This document shows, piece by piece, positions 32,114 to 45,892 of a DNA stretch of 64,000 nucleotides; positions within the stretch are counted from its first letter, which is position 1; every line of letters begins with the position of its first letter. Below the pieces are notes generated by a model that was not told the origin of the DNA, did no database searches, and worked only from the letters and a program-made list of their open reading frames with translations. The stretch covers positions 23,126,001-23,190,000 of the forward strand of contig OZ281495.1 in NCBI GenBank assembly GCA_965637545.1, given 5' to 3'. This DNA is from Phallusia mammillata (taxonomy: Eukaryota). A program made the translations under genes and the position numbers.

Positions 32114-35061
32114 TGAATTATCTGCATGCCCATTTTTACTATTGCCGTCACATAACAAAGCACAAATAGTAAACGTGCAACATTATAGTACGTTCCGTGA
32201 TTGCTTGATCAATATGTATACACAGCCTTGACTGATGGCAGGTGTATATGATATGGGAAGTTATGTGCTTCCTCTATACGTTTTATCATGTGCCATTTAT
32301 GCTTTTCAGTGTATTTCAATGCGATTTTTATTGCATCAAAACACAACAGTTGAAAAAGTATTTTAACATATTTTTTGCTTCAAAAAAGAGTGCAGTTTTT
32401 ATTAACGAGTAATTTACAAAACCACGCTTAAAGAGATGTGTATATAAACCTGCAAGTGAAAGCTACTGTCGAAAAACTGAATTAGGGGTTTTACAGACTA
32501 TAATGCAGTTTTAATTGGAGGGTTTATATACAAACTTTAGTTTACAAAACAGCGCCGAACAGAGATGTTTATAAGACTGGTAACCAATAAAAATAAACGT
32601 GTCTAATCATTTTTTTAAATTTCCACCAGAAAATTTCATACCAACAAAGGTTACCTAGAATTACTGTGTTTTCAGAAAAATCAAAATAAATTCTTTTACG
32701 GCAGCATGCTGATTATGTGTGCACCAATACAAACCTTTAACGCAACTGTATTTTATCAAGCAAGACATACAAAAGCAAACCGCATTTTTAAAACGCACCG
32801 CCAATAAATCGTTAAAACCAGAAAAAGCAAACAAACGTAAACGTAGGAGTTTCACATTATGTGCGTCAGCTCTTGCATACAATGCAGCGTTGACCTGTGC
32901 CATCTGTATATTTGACACCACCCAGGTTTGTAAGCACCTGTTGTACAAATGACCGCCTTAATGTTTTTGTCATTTTTGTTAGACTCTCTGCCACATTTGC
33001 AGGTTTACATCCTTGGTTATACCTTCATTATATCGGTAAATGTAGTCAAATCTCTTGTTAGTTTAACAACACTCATTATCGCAAACAATTGATGGCGGTT
33101 GATTCAGTTCGGCTTGGAAAGCACTGGGACGCGGCGGTAGTGCATGTGTATTGTTTCACAATTCTTACAAATTAAAAAAATGCTCTTGTGTAGAATTGAT
33201 CTCTTACTGAAAACCTCGTGCTGGCCTGACAGGGACAGCCAACGGTCCGTAAAATGCCCAGGTCTGAAACAGTTTGTAACTTTTAAGACTGTGCGTTGCC
33301 TTTCTTTCTGTTATGCATAGCTTCGTGGCTTCGTGAAAGTCGTGCAAAACATACATAGACAAAAGGTTTCAAACTAAATTTTAAAAACAAATAATACAAG
33401 GGATTGTGTTTTCGAAGTAAAAAAAGTATACCAAAACGTTTTGTTATGTAATTAGAATTACATTTTTTGTAAGCGGTTTAACATACAATTTTATGGAATA
33501 CATGCACATGTAACCCCTGCTGCATGCTGTTGCAAACATGATAAAAGCCTATCAACGCAGTGACGGATAAAGCGCTCTTGAAATCTGTAATAGTGTTTAA
33601 AAACTAACATTACATTCTTTGGGTTTGATGTACAGCAACGCAAAAGGCTGGATATCAAATAGATTCATAACATCATCATACCATATGTGCTTCTCAAATA
33701 AGTTATGCAAGTATAAGATTGTAAAAAAAACGCTCATTAACGAACCGCTGCAGAAAGAAGTTGCGCAAACTCAAAACTTAACAAAAAAGCAAACGGTTAT
33801 CGTGTTTGAGCTATAATTCGTTACAAAGCACAGTAATTATCATGTGCAAACGACTTGGGCGTCTGATGTTATGTAATGTGCGCTCAAGTGGAACTAACAT
33901 GAACTCCTTTGGGGCGAAAACATTTCCGCTGTTATATAACAATCACGTGTTGCCTCGTCACGTTTTCTTACCGCGCTAAGAAATTTGCAAAAATACAGAC
34001 CAACGCATTGCAGCATTGCAAGATAGAAATGTTTCTTTAGTTGACAGATTGTTTTAGATTACAGCTTGTTTTAGATGATGATTTGTTGCTTCTTGTGCGC
34101 TGTGTAAAAATGTTATTTTAGTTACTTTATTTTAGTATTGATAAACTTGTGTTTCAGGTAAGTTTTCCATAAATATGCAATTGATTTATATCTAAGAACC
34201 TATAGGGCAGTTATTGCTCCTTGTGCCTTTAAACAAGACGCAAAAATGTATAACTAGCAAGCACACGTGACAAAATTTAACACCAAAGGGCAAGATGCGC
34301 GTTACATAAGCCAATTCGTGAGTTACATAACGGTGACATTCGCGGTCGTTTGTTTTTTACGCGACGTTAATCATGCGTTGTGGTATGGAGCCTATTTATT
34401 TTGAGTCTAGGGGTGGGAGCAGCAGAAAGCCGCAACAACAAGACAGAGTCAACAGCTTAACGTGTTTGGGCAGGCAAGAAACCAGCTATTCCGGGGCTTT
34501 ATTAATGGCCGTGCTAATTTAATCAGGAAGAAATGTGGTATAAATTTCCACAAGCTTTAAAAAATATGCGAACTAAAGTATTGTTTTTACTGTTAAAAAA
34601 AAACCATAACCAGCAATTATACATAACGATGTTTCGAGGTCTCTTTCGAGGTATCTTCATCAGTGATTAGAACGTTATTTTTTTGTTCATCGTGTACACA
34701 GAAACTTATTAGAAAAGGATATGTTTTGTGTCGTGGAACTTTATCTTGCGCGACAGCACGATGAACGGATAAACTGATGTTCCAATGCTAATCAGCTATC
34801 GGTCACTTTATACGCTTCTGAAGTACAGTTTATATCAGCGTTGTTTTTGTTCCATTTTTCTCAACCTTGGCTTTTGATATAACTACAAATGTGTTGCTTA
34901 CTGTGCCATTACCGTAATGAAGACGCACCGAGTTAGCCGTCGAAAGAGTTATATATAATTGCCTATTGAGTAAAAAGTAAATTTATAAGTTTCTGATTGT
35001 TTTGTTGTTTTTTCAGAAGGAAGCTGTTGGTTTTGTTAACATATCAGTAAGATAGTAAGTT

Positions 35062-36003
35062 ATGATTTTGTCGGTTTTGCTTTGTCTTGTCTGCATGATG
35101 GGCAACGCTTTCGGCGGTGACGGTTATGGCATCGAACATCCACCCTATCAATTGGCCACAATACAACCAAAAGTGAGTTTTGTCCAATCTTCGAAAATTT
35201 GTTTACTTTAAATGTTTTGCGTTCTGAAAACTTATTTTCCGGCAATTTTTTTAGGATAGAAGCTACGAGGTAAGAAAATATGCAGCTGCAAACTGGACAA
35301 GTACTCAAATGGACAGCGCTTCATCAAAAAGTAGTGGAGCATTCATGCGCCTTTTTAAATACATCCAAGGCCGCAATGCTGCTGGTAAGTGACACATTTC
35401 ATGTCATGTGCAATAGTTTTAAATCCGTCTAAAAATTCATTCATGTATTTAGGAGCAACCATTGATATGACTGCACCTGTTACAACTCGCATTGCTTCTG
35501 GGCCTACAATTTTCGACATGAAAAGGACAATGTCATTCTACGTTCCACGGGATTTCCAGGCAGATCCACCTTCACCAACAGATCCGAAAGTTTACACAGA
35601 AGAACGTCAACCCATGCTCGCCTATGTTCGGTAATTCTTACATTTGTTTAGTAATTCAACGAGAAGCTACTTTATTGGACGTGTATCATTTAAGCTGGTG
35701 TATATCTTATTACATGACATTTGGTATATTTTTTTTCAGTTTTTGAACTGTGCACTAACCACAACTACAAATAAAATATTTGTTTAACATATACAAACTT
35801 TTAGCAAATTCCCTGGCTGGGCGAGCGAAATGGACAATTGGGTCAATGTTTACAAGCTCTTTGAAGACATGAAGCGAAACGGAGTTGACGAAAATAACAT
35901 CGATCTGACATCATTCTACACTGCTGGTTACAACAGCCCGATGCGCTTTATCAAACGTCACAATGAAGTTTGGCTCATTTCGAAGACCCCGAATCGCGCC
36001 TGA
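35062..36003 (+). CDS. Secreted SOUL/HEBP-family protein, copy B
   Basis: Same 4-exon structure; MILSVLLCLVCMMGNAFGG...RHNEVWLISKTPNRA*. Confidence 0.92.
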
Positions 36004-36781
36004 TCTATTATCTACATGCACATTTTCACTATTGCCGTCACAAAAAGCATAAATAGTACACATTGTTGCACTATTTCATGATTGTAGCACTATGTATGCA
36101 CAGTCTGGACTGTTGGCAGGTGTTTATGATGTGCGAAGTTTAGCGTTTTGTGCATTCGATGATGTGCCATATTTTTGCTTTTTATCCCATATTTCAATGC
36201 GAGTTTTAGTGCATTAAAACACAAAAGTTAATATGAGCTAAAACACTATTCTGATATATTTTCTTCACTTTAATAAAAATCATATAAATTCAATTGATGT
36301 GCTTCGTTTGTTTTTGAGATCTTATACGCAAGATGTGACATTTATGTTGCCTTGTGGTTATAAAAGTTTTCAATAGGTCATGTAAAAAGGCCAGTTATTG
36401 TCAACTAATAAGATATTAGGGTCTACTTCAAGAGAAGTGTCTAAAATCTGCAGAGGAAAAGCTTCTTTCCGTTAAATCGATTATGACGGTTTTACAGAAT
36501 ATATGATGTAGTTTTTAATTACGGCTTTTAGCACTGCCTTTCAACTAAATATCACTATTCAATAATAGTTGTAAAAAACCTTATCTGTTGCCAATGAAGA
36601 AAAAAGTCAAAAACTAGAATATACTGTAAACGCATGCGGTTATAATTTAATACGCATAAAATCGCACAATCTGACATCACGTATACTGTAGCAGGACTTC
36701 AATGCTTCAGCGGTTTTTACGAAATCGCATGTTTTTGGAAACTCTTATTGGAAACAGCTAAGGTACAAGTTTGTGGCTCTA

Positions 36782-37007
36782 CGGCAACCTTTTTGTAGCC
36801 TACTGCGGTTTGAAACTGAAATGTTATCGCGGACCGGCCTTAAAAAAACTACAAATATTTAGCAATGAAAACGCTTAAATTAGTTTATCATCCCCGGGGT
36901 ACATGGGCAAAATGTTTTAAAGCATTTAACCTGAAAAATTAAACAGCCCGGTAACGAACTCGTCGCGGACCGGTACCGGGCCGCTGCCCGGCGGTTGCCG
37001 ACCACTA
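36782..37007. mobile_element. hAT MITE with truncated left end (same family as 37578-37788)
   Basis: Begins CGGCAACC and ends GGTTGCCGACCACTA; the body is nearly identical to 37578-37788. Confidence 0.8.
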
Positions 37008-37577
37008 TGGTTTAAAGAACCTCATCTTGGTAGGCAAAATGGTAGAGCTACTTACACCATAACTCACGTCAGCCGCACATTTAGCTAATTTTCGATAGGT
37101 GGCGCAGGAGCTGAATTATTTATTTAGTGGCTAAATAGGGGTAGGGTTGGTTAGTAAGTTTTTAAAAATGTCATGACCGACTGGATTTAAAATAAGATTA
37201 CTATTTTTACGCTTCTCGAATACGTCATGCAAGTATAAGATTGCAAAAACACGTACATTAACGAACTGCTGCTGTGCCAATTTGTGCAAACTTGAACCAA
37301 ACGAAAATAGAACAGGTCATCAAGCTTGGGCTATATAATTCGTTACAAAGCACAGGAACTGTCACGCACAAACGACTTGGGCGTCTGACGGCTTGTTATA
37401 TAATTGTGCGCACGAGTTGGACTGAGGTGGGACGAAAACATTATCGTTGTTATATAACAATCACGTGTTGGCTCGTCACGTTTTCTTACCGTGCTAAGAA
37501 GTTTGCAAAAATACAGTCCATCGCATTGCAGCATTGCTGGATAGAAATGTTGTTTTGGTTGACAGGTGGTTTTAGAT

Positions 37578-37788
37578 CAGGGGCGGCAACCTTTTTTCTA
37601 CTGCGGACCGTTTTTGAAACTAAAATTTTATTGCGGACCGGCCTTCAAAAAACTACAAATATTTAGCAATGAAAACACATAAATTAGTTTATCACCCCCG
37701 GGATACATGGGCAAAATGTTTTAAAGCATTTTAACTTGAAAAATTATACGGCCCGGTAACGTCGCGGACCGGCAGTTGCCGACCATTG
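37578..37788. mobile_element. hAT MITE in the upstream region of SOUL C
   Basis: Termini CAGGGGCGGCAAC / GTTGCCGACCATTG; imperfect TSD TTTTAGAT/TTAGAT; empty paralogous site at about 34045-34075. Confidence 0.85.
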
Positions 37789-38696
37789 TTAGATGACAGC
37801 TTGTTTTAGACGACGGTTTGTTGTCAGCTGTCATTTTGTTGCGCTGTGTAAAACATTAATTTAGTTACTTTATTGATGAAGTAGGTAAGATGCGCGTTAA
37901 AGGGCAAGATGGGCGTTACACAAGAAAATTTGTGCGTTACATAACCGTGACATTAGTGGTCGTTAGTTTTTTAAACGACGTTAATCATGCTTTAGGTCTT
38001 GACCTGGAGCCTATTTAAACCGAGTCTCGGAGTGGGAGAAGCAGAAAGCCGCAACAACAAGTTAGAGTCAACAGCTTAACATATTTGGGCAAGCAAGAAA
38101 CCATCAGCCATTCCGGGGCTTTATTAATGGACGGGGTAATTTAATAGGAAAGATGGAAATGTGGTATCAATTTCCACAAGCGTTTGCAAAAATATGCGTA
38201 CTTAAGTATTGTCTTTACTATTTGATATATCATCAACCGGCAATTATATATAACTACTTTAACGTGTCTACGTCTCTTTCGGGGTATTTTCATCAGTGAT
38301 TAGAACATCAGTTTTTACGTTTATCGTGTATAGAGAAACGTAACACATATGGATTTCTTTTGAATCGTGGTACATTAACTCGCGCGCTAACACGATGAAG
38401 GGAAAAAACTGATGTTCTAATGCTAATCAGCTGTTGCTCGCTTTTGACGCCTTTAAAGTACAGTTTTCATCAGCGTTTTACTATTGTTTTTGTTCCAGTT
38501 TTCTATTGTTATCAACCTGAGTGGTGTTATAAGAACGAGTGTGTTGGGTAGTGTTCCATTACCCTAATGAAGACGCCCCGAGTTAGACGTCGGATGAATT
38601 ATATAGCTGCCTATTAAGCAAAAAAGCTTTATAAGTTTCTGATTTTTTTAGACACAAGCTGTTTGTTTTGTTAACATATCAGCAAGATAATAAGTT

Positions 38697-39999
38697 ATGA
38701 TTTTGTCGGTTTTATTTTGTCTTGTCTGCATGATGGGGAACGCTTTTGGCGGTGAAGGTTACGGTATCGAGCTCGAGCGTCCACCCTATAAATTGGCCAC
38801 AAATCAACCAAAAGTGAGTTTTATCCAATCTCTTTACCTTTTTTCTGAAGAATCGAATATATGTGTACTGTAAATGTTTTGCGTTCTGTTAACCCAATTT
38901 CCAACCATTTTTTAGGATAGAAGCTACGAGGTACGAGAATATGCAGCTGCAAACTGGACAAGTACTCAAATGGACAGCGCTTCATCAAAAAGTAGTGAAG
39001 CATTCATGCGCCTTTTCAAGTACATCCAAGGCCGCAACGCCGCTGGTAAGTGACTCTTTTTGATAGTGTTGTATGCAGTAATTTTTAACCACTCACAAAA
39101 TCACTTTCGTTTCCAGGGGCAACCATCGATATGACTGCGCCTGTTACTACTCACATTGCTCCCGGACCTACAATTTTCGACATGAAAAGGACGATGTCAT
39201 TTTACATTCCACAGGATTTTCAGGCAGATCCACCTGCACCAACAGATACCGAAGTTTACATAGAAGAGCGTCAACCCATGACCGCCTATGTTCGGTAATT
39301 CACCTTTAACTTAGTATTTTAGCCAACAGCTAATTTATTGCACATATCACTGAAGCTGGTGGTTAAAAAGCAAAAGCATTTCGGAATATTACATGATATT
39401 TTAAATCTGTTTCGTTTTTAAAACTGCGCACGAATCACAAGTGCTGGGAGTAGGTGTATCTATGATTTTCGAAACGTTGGAGCTACTAACCTATACCTTA
39501 CGGCAGACCCACATTTAGCTAATTTTCAATAGGTGGTGCAAAAAGCTGAATTATTTATTCAGCAGCTGAACAAGGTTGAGGTTAAGATGTAAGATTTTGC
39601 GTTTTCAGAGATTGTTGTTTTAAATAGGTAAATGTTCTTTTTGTGCCACCTATCAAACTCGGCTAAATGTGGGTCTATCGTGAGGTATGGTGTTTTATCA
39701 TTTTCCGTTCGAAACACCGTGATTATTTCCGCATGGTGGTACCGTAGTGCTAATGAACAGAATTGTGCTAAATCTCACTTTATATTGAGAAAACTTTTAG
39801 CAAATTCCCTGGCTGGGCGAGCGAAACGGAGAATTGGGTCAATGTTTACAAGCTCTTTGAAGACATGAAGAGAAACGGAGTTGATGAAGACACCGTCGAT
39901 CTGACATCATTCTACACTGCTGGTTACAACAGCCCGATGCGCTTTATCAAACGTCACAATGAAGTTTGGCTCCTTTCGAAGACCCCGAATCGCACCTGA
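38697..39999 (+). CDS. Secreted SOUL/HEBP-family protein, copy C
   Basis: Same 4-exon structure; MILSVLFCLVCMMGNAFGG...RHNEVWLLSKTPNRT*. Confidence 0.92.
39505..39676. mobile_element. Palindromic MITE-like element in intron 3 of SOUL C (partial copy at about 37073-37170)
   Basis: About 40-bp imperfect inverted termini AGACCCACATTTAGC...ATAGGTGG...AAAAAG; no clear TSD. Confidence 0.7.
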
Positions 40000-41204
40000 T
40001 CTATTGTCTACATATACATTTTCACTATTGCAGTCACAAAAAGCATTATATAGCATTAATTCATGATTGTGGCCCAATGTTTACACAGCCTGGACTGTTG
40101 GCAGGTGTTTATGATGTACGAAGTTTTGCGTTTCATCCATTCGTTACGATTTGCCAGATTTTTGCGTTTCAGCACATACTAGTGCCTATTACAATGTGAG
40201 TTTTAGTGCATCAAAACATAACGAATAATATGAGCTAAAACACTATTCTGATATATTTTCTTCACTTCAATAAAACTCATATAAATGCAAATTACGTGCT
40301 TCGTATATTTTTGAAATCTTCTACGCAAAATGTGACATTTATGTTGCCTTGCGGTCGATAGACGTTTCAATAAGTCATGTAAAAATGCCAGTTATTGTTA
40401 ACAAATAAATTATTGAACACTCCAAGACACGTGTTCAAAACCTGCAGGGGGAGCTTCTTTCCATGGAAATCGGATCTGGCGATTTTACAGACTATAATTC
40501 AGTTTTTATTGTCAATTTTCCACACCTCCTCATACTAAACTAAACTTGCCGAGTGATAATAATACTTAGTAAGAAAACTGGTACCAATGAAAGAAAAAGC
40601 GTCATGTCGAATGTGACATCTCAAAAAGCAGTAGATGCTGTATAGCCTATACATGCGGTTATGTAACTGAATTTCCAGTTACTGGAAAGTAACGTCGCTG
40701 TGTAATATTTCGCGCTTATGTAACATTCACGTGATGTTACAGCACGTTTTCCTTGTGCCAGTAGCCTAGGATGTACATAACTCCGAGTTATAGTGCCAAG
40801 AATAATGCTGCAACATTACTTCGAATATTTAGAAATAATTTAGAAATAATACAATATATGGGCGGTTCATTGTATCATGAAGAAGACTGAATACAAATGA
40901 AATTCCGGAAGCATTGTGCGTCAACAATCGCCTTTTTTGTATTTGTATGTACGTTTTGCAGATGATGGAATAATATAGATTAGCTAGGCACAGCAAACTT
41001 ATGTATAAAATCGCACAACCTGGCAAAAAATACAACATTATAGCAAGACTTCAATGCTTTTTGGGCGGTTTTGACAAAATTATTTTGGAAATTCTTACAG
41101 GGAGCAGGTGAGTCGCAAGAAACGTATATGCGCACAGGGTGCTAAAACAGTGTCGTATATATAGACAAAACAAAATTTACAAAATAGGACCAAAACAAAA
41201 CACA

Positions 41205-41384
41205 CAATGCTTGGATTCTGCCGGTTCGCACCGGTTCTATAGAACCGTCTCACAAAATTTTATGAGATCAGCGAACCGGTTAGCATTACTGGTTACTGTC
41301 AATAGACTTTTTGTAACAGAACCGGCTGAAAAATTTGACTTTTGTGATAGAACCTCATGACAAAAAATTTGAATCCCACCACTG
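41205..41384. mobile_element. Degenerate copy of the 31688-31860 MITE
   Basis: Body CCGGTTCGCACC...AGAACCGTCTCA...GAGATCAGCGAACCGGTTAGCATTACTGG and right end ATCCCACCACTG are shared; the left end is decayed and no TSD is seen. Confidence 0.8.
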
Positions 41385-41990
41385 ATTAAACATAACAAAG
41401 GAAGGTAAGTTTCTGGCTCTATACTAGTTGTTTAAGGAACTGCTTTATTATACGCATAACATGCTCTTTTTTCAATTGTTTTCAGAAGTGGAGTCTTCAG
41501 TTAGATTTTTAAATACGGTAAAATATTTATTGTTTTTAAAATTAACTTGAACACTAACAGCTGACTTGTACGTACATGGTAGATAGCAGCAAATCTTCAA
41601 ATAAACACGGACAATTTTCAAAACAAAGTCATCCGCAAGATATGCGCTTCGCAAAATACATGCAAAAAAACTACATCAACGACAAAATGCTGCTTAAAGT
41701 GATGACCTGGTTGACAACCAGATTACTTTTAACCGTGCCCTTTCAAATACACGCACAAAATATTTCCAAAAGCAACCACCTTTGGCATTTAATCAGTGGT
41801 GACTAGACGCAATCTTGCCGATGCTTGATTGACTGCTTTGTGCAAAGGAATTTAACAACTACGTGTTTATTGTGCTTTGGGAAACATACCGATGGTTTAA
41901 ACCGGTTTGCTTGTAGGCTAGTCTGATTCATTTTCAGTTTGTTTTAGTCGGAAGTAGTTGACTCAGTTTACAGAGCAGAAATAGTCAGTC

Positions 41991-43103
41991 ATGATTTTCA
42001 GTGTTTTGTCTTTTCTTGCTTTCATGATGGGAAACGCTCTCAGTGATTCGACGTACAACGGTTACGAGCATCCGATTTGGAAGTTGGCCGCTGAACAACC
42101 GGAGGTGAGTTAAATGTTAAAGATTGGGACCTAAAAATCAGATTTGACTGGGACCCAAAAATAATTGTGAATGTATTCCGTGCATAAAATCTCGCCGCAT
42201 TTTGATGGTGGTAAATAGGGTAAAAAATATTCTCTTATAATTCAACACAATGAAATGCAAATTATATTGATGTATTTTAGGACAAATCTTACGAGGTTCG
42301 GGAATACGCGGCTGCAAACTGGACTAGCACTGGTATGCAAGGTCACTTCGGTAAAGATGCCAGAAAGGCAGCGTTTTGGCGTTTGTTCAATTACATCCAA
42401 GGCTCCAATTCTGCTGGTAAGCTATACAACACAATTTATAAAATGTGCTTATTCTATACTGATACACATTTGTTAACAGGTTCGACTATGTCGATGACTG
42501 TGCCTGTGACACAATGCATTTCAACTGGAGCAACAATTTTTGACACGAAGAGAACGATGTCATTCTACATTCCACTTAAGTTCCAGGCAGAACCGCCAAC
42601 ACCAACAAACACTGATCTGTGTATCGAAGAACGACTGCCTATGACCGCATACGTTCGGTATCTGTTACTTTTTATATTGACGCAAAGTGTTTTCGACAGT
42701 GAATAGATGCAGGTTTCGAAGTTTTTTCCAAAAAAGATTACTCAAGGGCTGGTTTTTTTGCTAATCTCCAAGAAATCTACAAGTTACTGATAGATTGTTT
42801 TTCAACTTCCAAAAACAAATTCACAATTAAAATAACAGTAGGATATATTAATGTTGGTAATATTTACGTATAATTCCATGTCTATTTTACAGTACGTTTT
42901 CCGGCTACGCGGAAGAAACTGATTGGTGGGAGCACATTTACGTTCTACATGCTGACATGTTGCGTAATGGTGTTAACACCGCTAACATCGATTTGAAGTC
43001 GTTTCTCACTGCTGGATATGATAGTCCTTTCCATCTTATCAATCGTCGCAATGAAGTTTGGCTCACCACACCCTTGACCCCGACCACCAAAACTGATGCA
43101 TGA
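41991..43103 (+). CDS. Secreted SOUL/HEBP-family protein, divergent copy D
   Basis: Same exon phases; MIFSVLSFLAFMMGNALS, YEVREY, AFWRLFNYIQGSN, MTVPV, TAGYDSP, RRNEVWL. Confidence 0.92.
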
Positions 43104-43337
43104 TTATTTTACTTTTCCTATTGCCATCATACGAAAACATAACCAATACAAAGCAACAAAAATCATTTAGCAGTACAGCATTATTTTGAGTTGGGATTTA
43201 ATATGTACAGTCGGAAAGTTTATTTTAATGCACCAGGCTTTTATGTAAAAATCTCAAGCACATGATGCAAAACAAAACGACAACGCAGCAGACAAAAGTT
43301 TCTATATAACTGCATGAAACAGATCGTCAGCACCTAA

Positions 43338-45892
43338 TTAGGAACTGACTCCATTTGCGATAGGAGTTTGATCGGGCTCGTTTTCTGTGGTGCACAAGCC
43401 TAGGATGCGACGCCGACGTTCTTCGTCAATCGGTTTTACCTCTCGGTCGGTGTTTTTCGATTTTGTGAATACTACTTTCGGTTTGTCGGTCTTTTCTTGA
43501 GTGACACCTACTGATTCCAATGTACCGACTCGTTCTAAAACACTTTTGCGAGTAGGCGGTGGTAAGTCTGTAGTCTTCGACGGTCCTATGTTTTCTGACC
43601 CGCTATCTGGGGTTGTAGGGCGCTCATTTTTAACGGTAGAGACAGAGGACTCCGTGGGTATAATTGGCGCAGGTTTAGCAACAGTGGTGGTGCTGTTGCA
43701 CACCTGTTGCATTACAACAGGCAGCACCGTCGTTTCAGTGATAGCGTTTGTTGGTTTTTCAATTTTAAAGAATTCATGAACTCTTTCCTCTTCTACGAAT
43801 TCTTCCATGACGGTCATGTCCTGTAATAGACCAAACAACACAATATAAGTCATCCATAATTTTGTGGTGGTGCCGAAGGATAACAAACTTTATTGCGCTA
43901 TGTCTACTTTCATGTTATAAGGGGGTCTTAATATACGCACCGGCTGAAATTTGGCAAGAGGGGGCAAAATTGTACACATATATACTGACATAAATCGATT
44001 GTGGTATCCAGTAATTGCGTTCGCATAGGCATATATTATATACAATAGAATTGCGTTGCTGGAAACACTCATACAATATAACGGTTTTTTGTCATTCATC
44101 AGATTTTTCTGCAAAATATACTAACTTTGAGGTACAAAGTCTTGGCACGTGCCGGTGCCCATGGGTCTTAAGAAAGTAAAATACCAGTGATGCGACAAAT
44201 GTAACAAGCACTTACTCCGAGATAAACATCATCGCTGAATATCTGGGGCGGCACAGCTTTTGGGTTTCCACACTCCTTGCGCATTTGTTCGCGAACGCTT
44301 GTATCCGTGGTGATGTCAATCCACACCGACTCGAGTTTTAGGTTCTGGATGACGTACCGCAATCGCGTTTGCTCTCCGTCCATCTGCACATAAAAGCATA
44401 CGCGAGTTTAATATCGGCGTAGCGTGGATGGGTGATCGCAATAAAACAATGGATGAATAATTGATTGCCTGTTATAAAATTTTATTACGTGGTAAAATCG
44501 ATGAGTCGCGCTTTTCAAATGGTGCGAACGTTTTTTTTTTGTGAATGCACCACATGACCTGACGAATTGACAGAACACCATTGTTCATCAACGGCCTTGA
44601 ATCACTCGTTTGTCACCCATTATGTGTAATAGTTAACTTTGCAAAGATGTAATACTTGTCCAAGGTGGTTTGCTTGTTCGATTTACATTCTCTGCAGCCT
44701 GCTGTAAATTGCAGGCGGTCACTGTACAGCACCCTTCATTAAAAATGCGTAAGGCCTTGAAAGGGATATCTAGTCGCTCGGAAAATTCTGTCATAATCTG
44801 CTTCAAGGTTCGCAGTACAACGATCGAACGAAAGTGCACTTGTCGTGTCTGGTGTGCACAAGGCTACCCAACAGTCAACAGCAACGTCGTCGCGGTTTTT
44901 CAAGTATCGTTTGAGTCGACGGCCTACTTCAGGAAACATTCGAAGCAATCCGGCCAGTTGAAATCAAATTCCCGCCGTAAAACGCGCCTACGTATCTAGG
45001 TATGTGTTATCCGTAGCCACCCAAGCATGACACGATCGACCGGTGACGTATTGTTGGAAGGGGGAGAGGGCCATTAGGTGGTCATTATTTCAAATGTCAA
45101 CAAATAAAGGATCGCGAGTGGTTTTGTAAATAACACGTGACTGGTCGTTCCACTTAACGCTGAATGCGCGTTGGTCATTAAACCAACATTCTACTCAAGG
45201 ACGTTAAAAAGGTTTTGGAACCAACAGTGGTGATCATCGTAAGTGGCCAGGATTGCCACATTCAATGGGAATATGGGCCTCAATATGATGTTATGACGTG
45301 CCAGTATTTCGGCTACGTTACAACCAGGAGACGTGTAACAAATTCATGGAAAGTCATAAACGTTTAACACATACAAAGCGTATTGATTTCCTGACCAAAC
45401 GCTAAGCATCAATCCAACTGATAGAGATAACATATACGTTTTTAATAAAATTCCACTTCATAGTTCAAATCAATTGCATGTAATATTTTGTTTGAGTCAA
45501 TTTTTGTTTAGCAACATATTGTTGTAGCATTCACGTTAACCAGCAAGTACACTTCAATATTCAATTCGCCACGATCGATAAGATAAATGACCGACGATGA
45601 AAAGCAGACCACGAAAAGTGTAAGTCTCAGAGGGCACAATGTTATGAGCTGCGGGTTCCCAAAGGCCTTATTTGAGTCCAAATCTATAGTTGTTTCCGTG
45701 ATTAAGATATCTTAACGATTCAGTAGGAAAAAAATCGACATAATGTTACCAAATAAAACAGGCATAACAAACGCAGCCAATACGACATGCTTTTGTTTGT
45801 GCATATAATGCTTCTTCATTATTAATATTTAACACATATTGACCCACCTTTCGGCTGCAAGTAACACTTGCCCAGTACACTCTGATCACCAT
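43338..45892 (-). CDS. SH3BGRL: SH3BGR-family (SH3BGRL/SH3BGRL3-like) glutaredoxin-fold protein with long C-terminal extension
   Basis: Exons 45892-45848 (MVIRVYWASVTCSRK), 44383-44216 (...GNPKAVPPQIF...) and 43820-43338. All junctions are phase 0; the first intron follows codon 15 as recalled for vertebrate SH3BGRL. Confidence 0.85.

Noticed and set aside
44633-44948. Minus-strand ORF with faint SUMO/ubiquitin-like resemblance (HFRSIVVLRTLKQIMTEFSERLDIPFKALRIFNEG)
   Set aside because: No ATG or credible splice sites, and it lies inside SH3BGR intron 1. The similarity is too weak to call without an HMM search.
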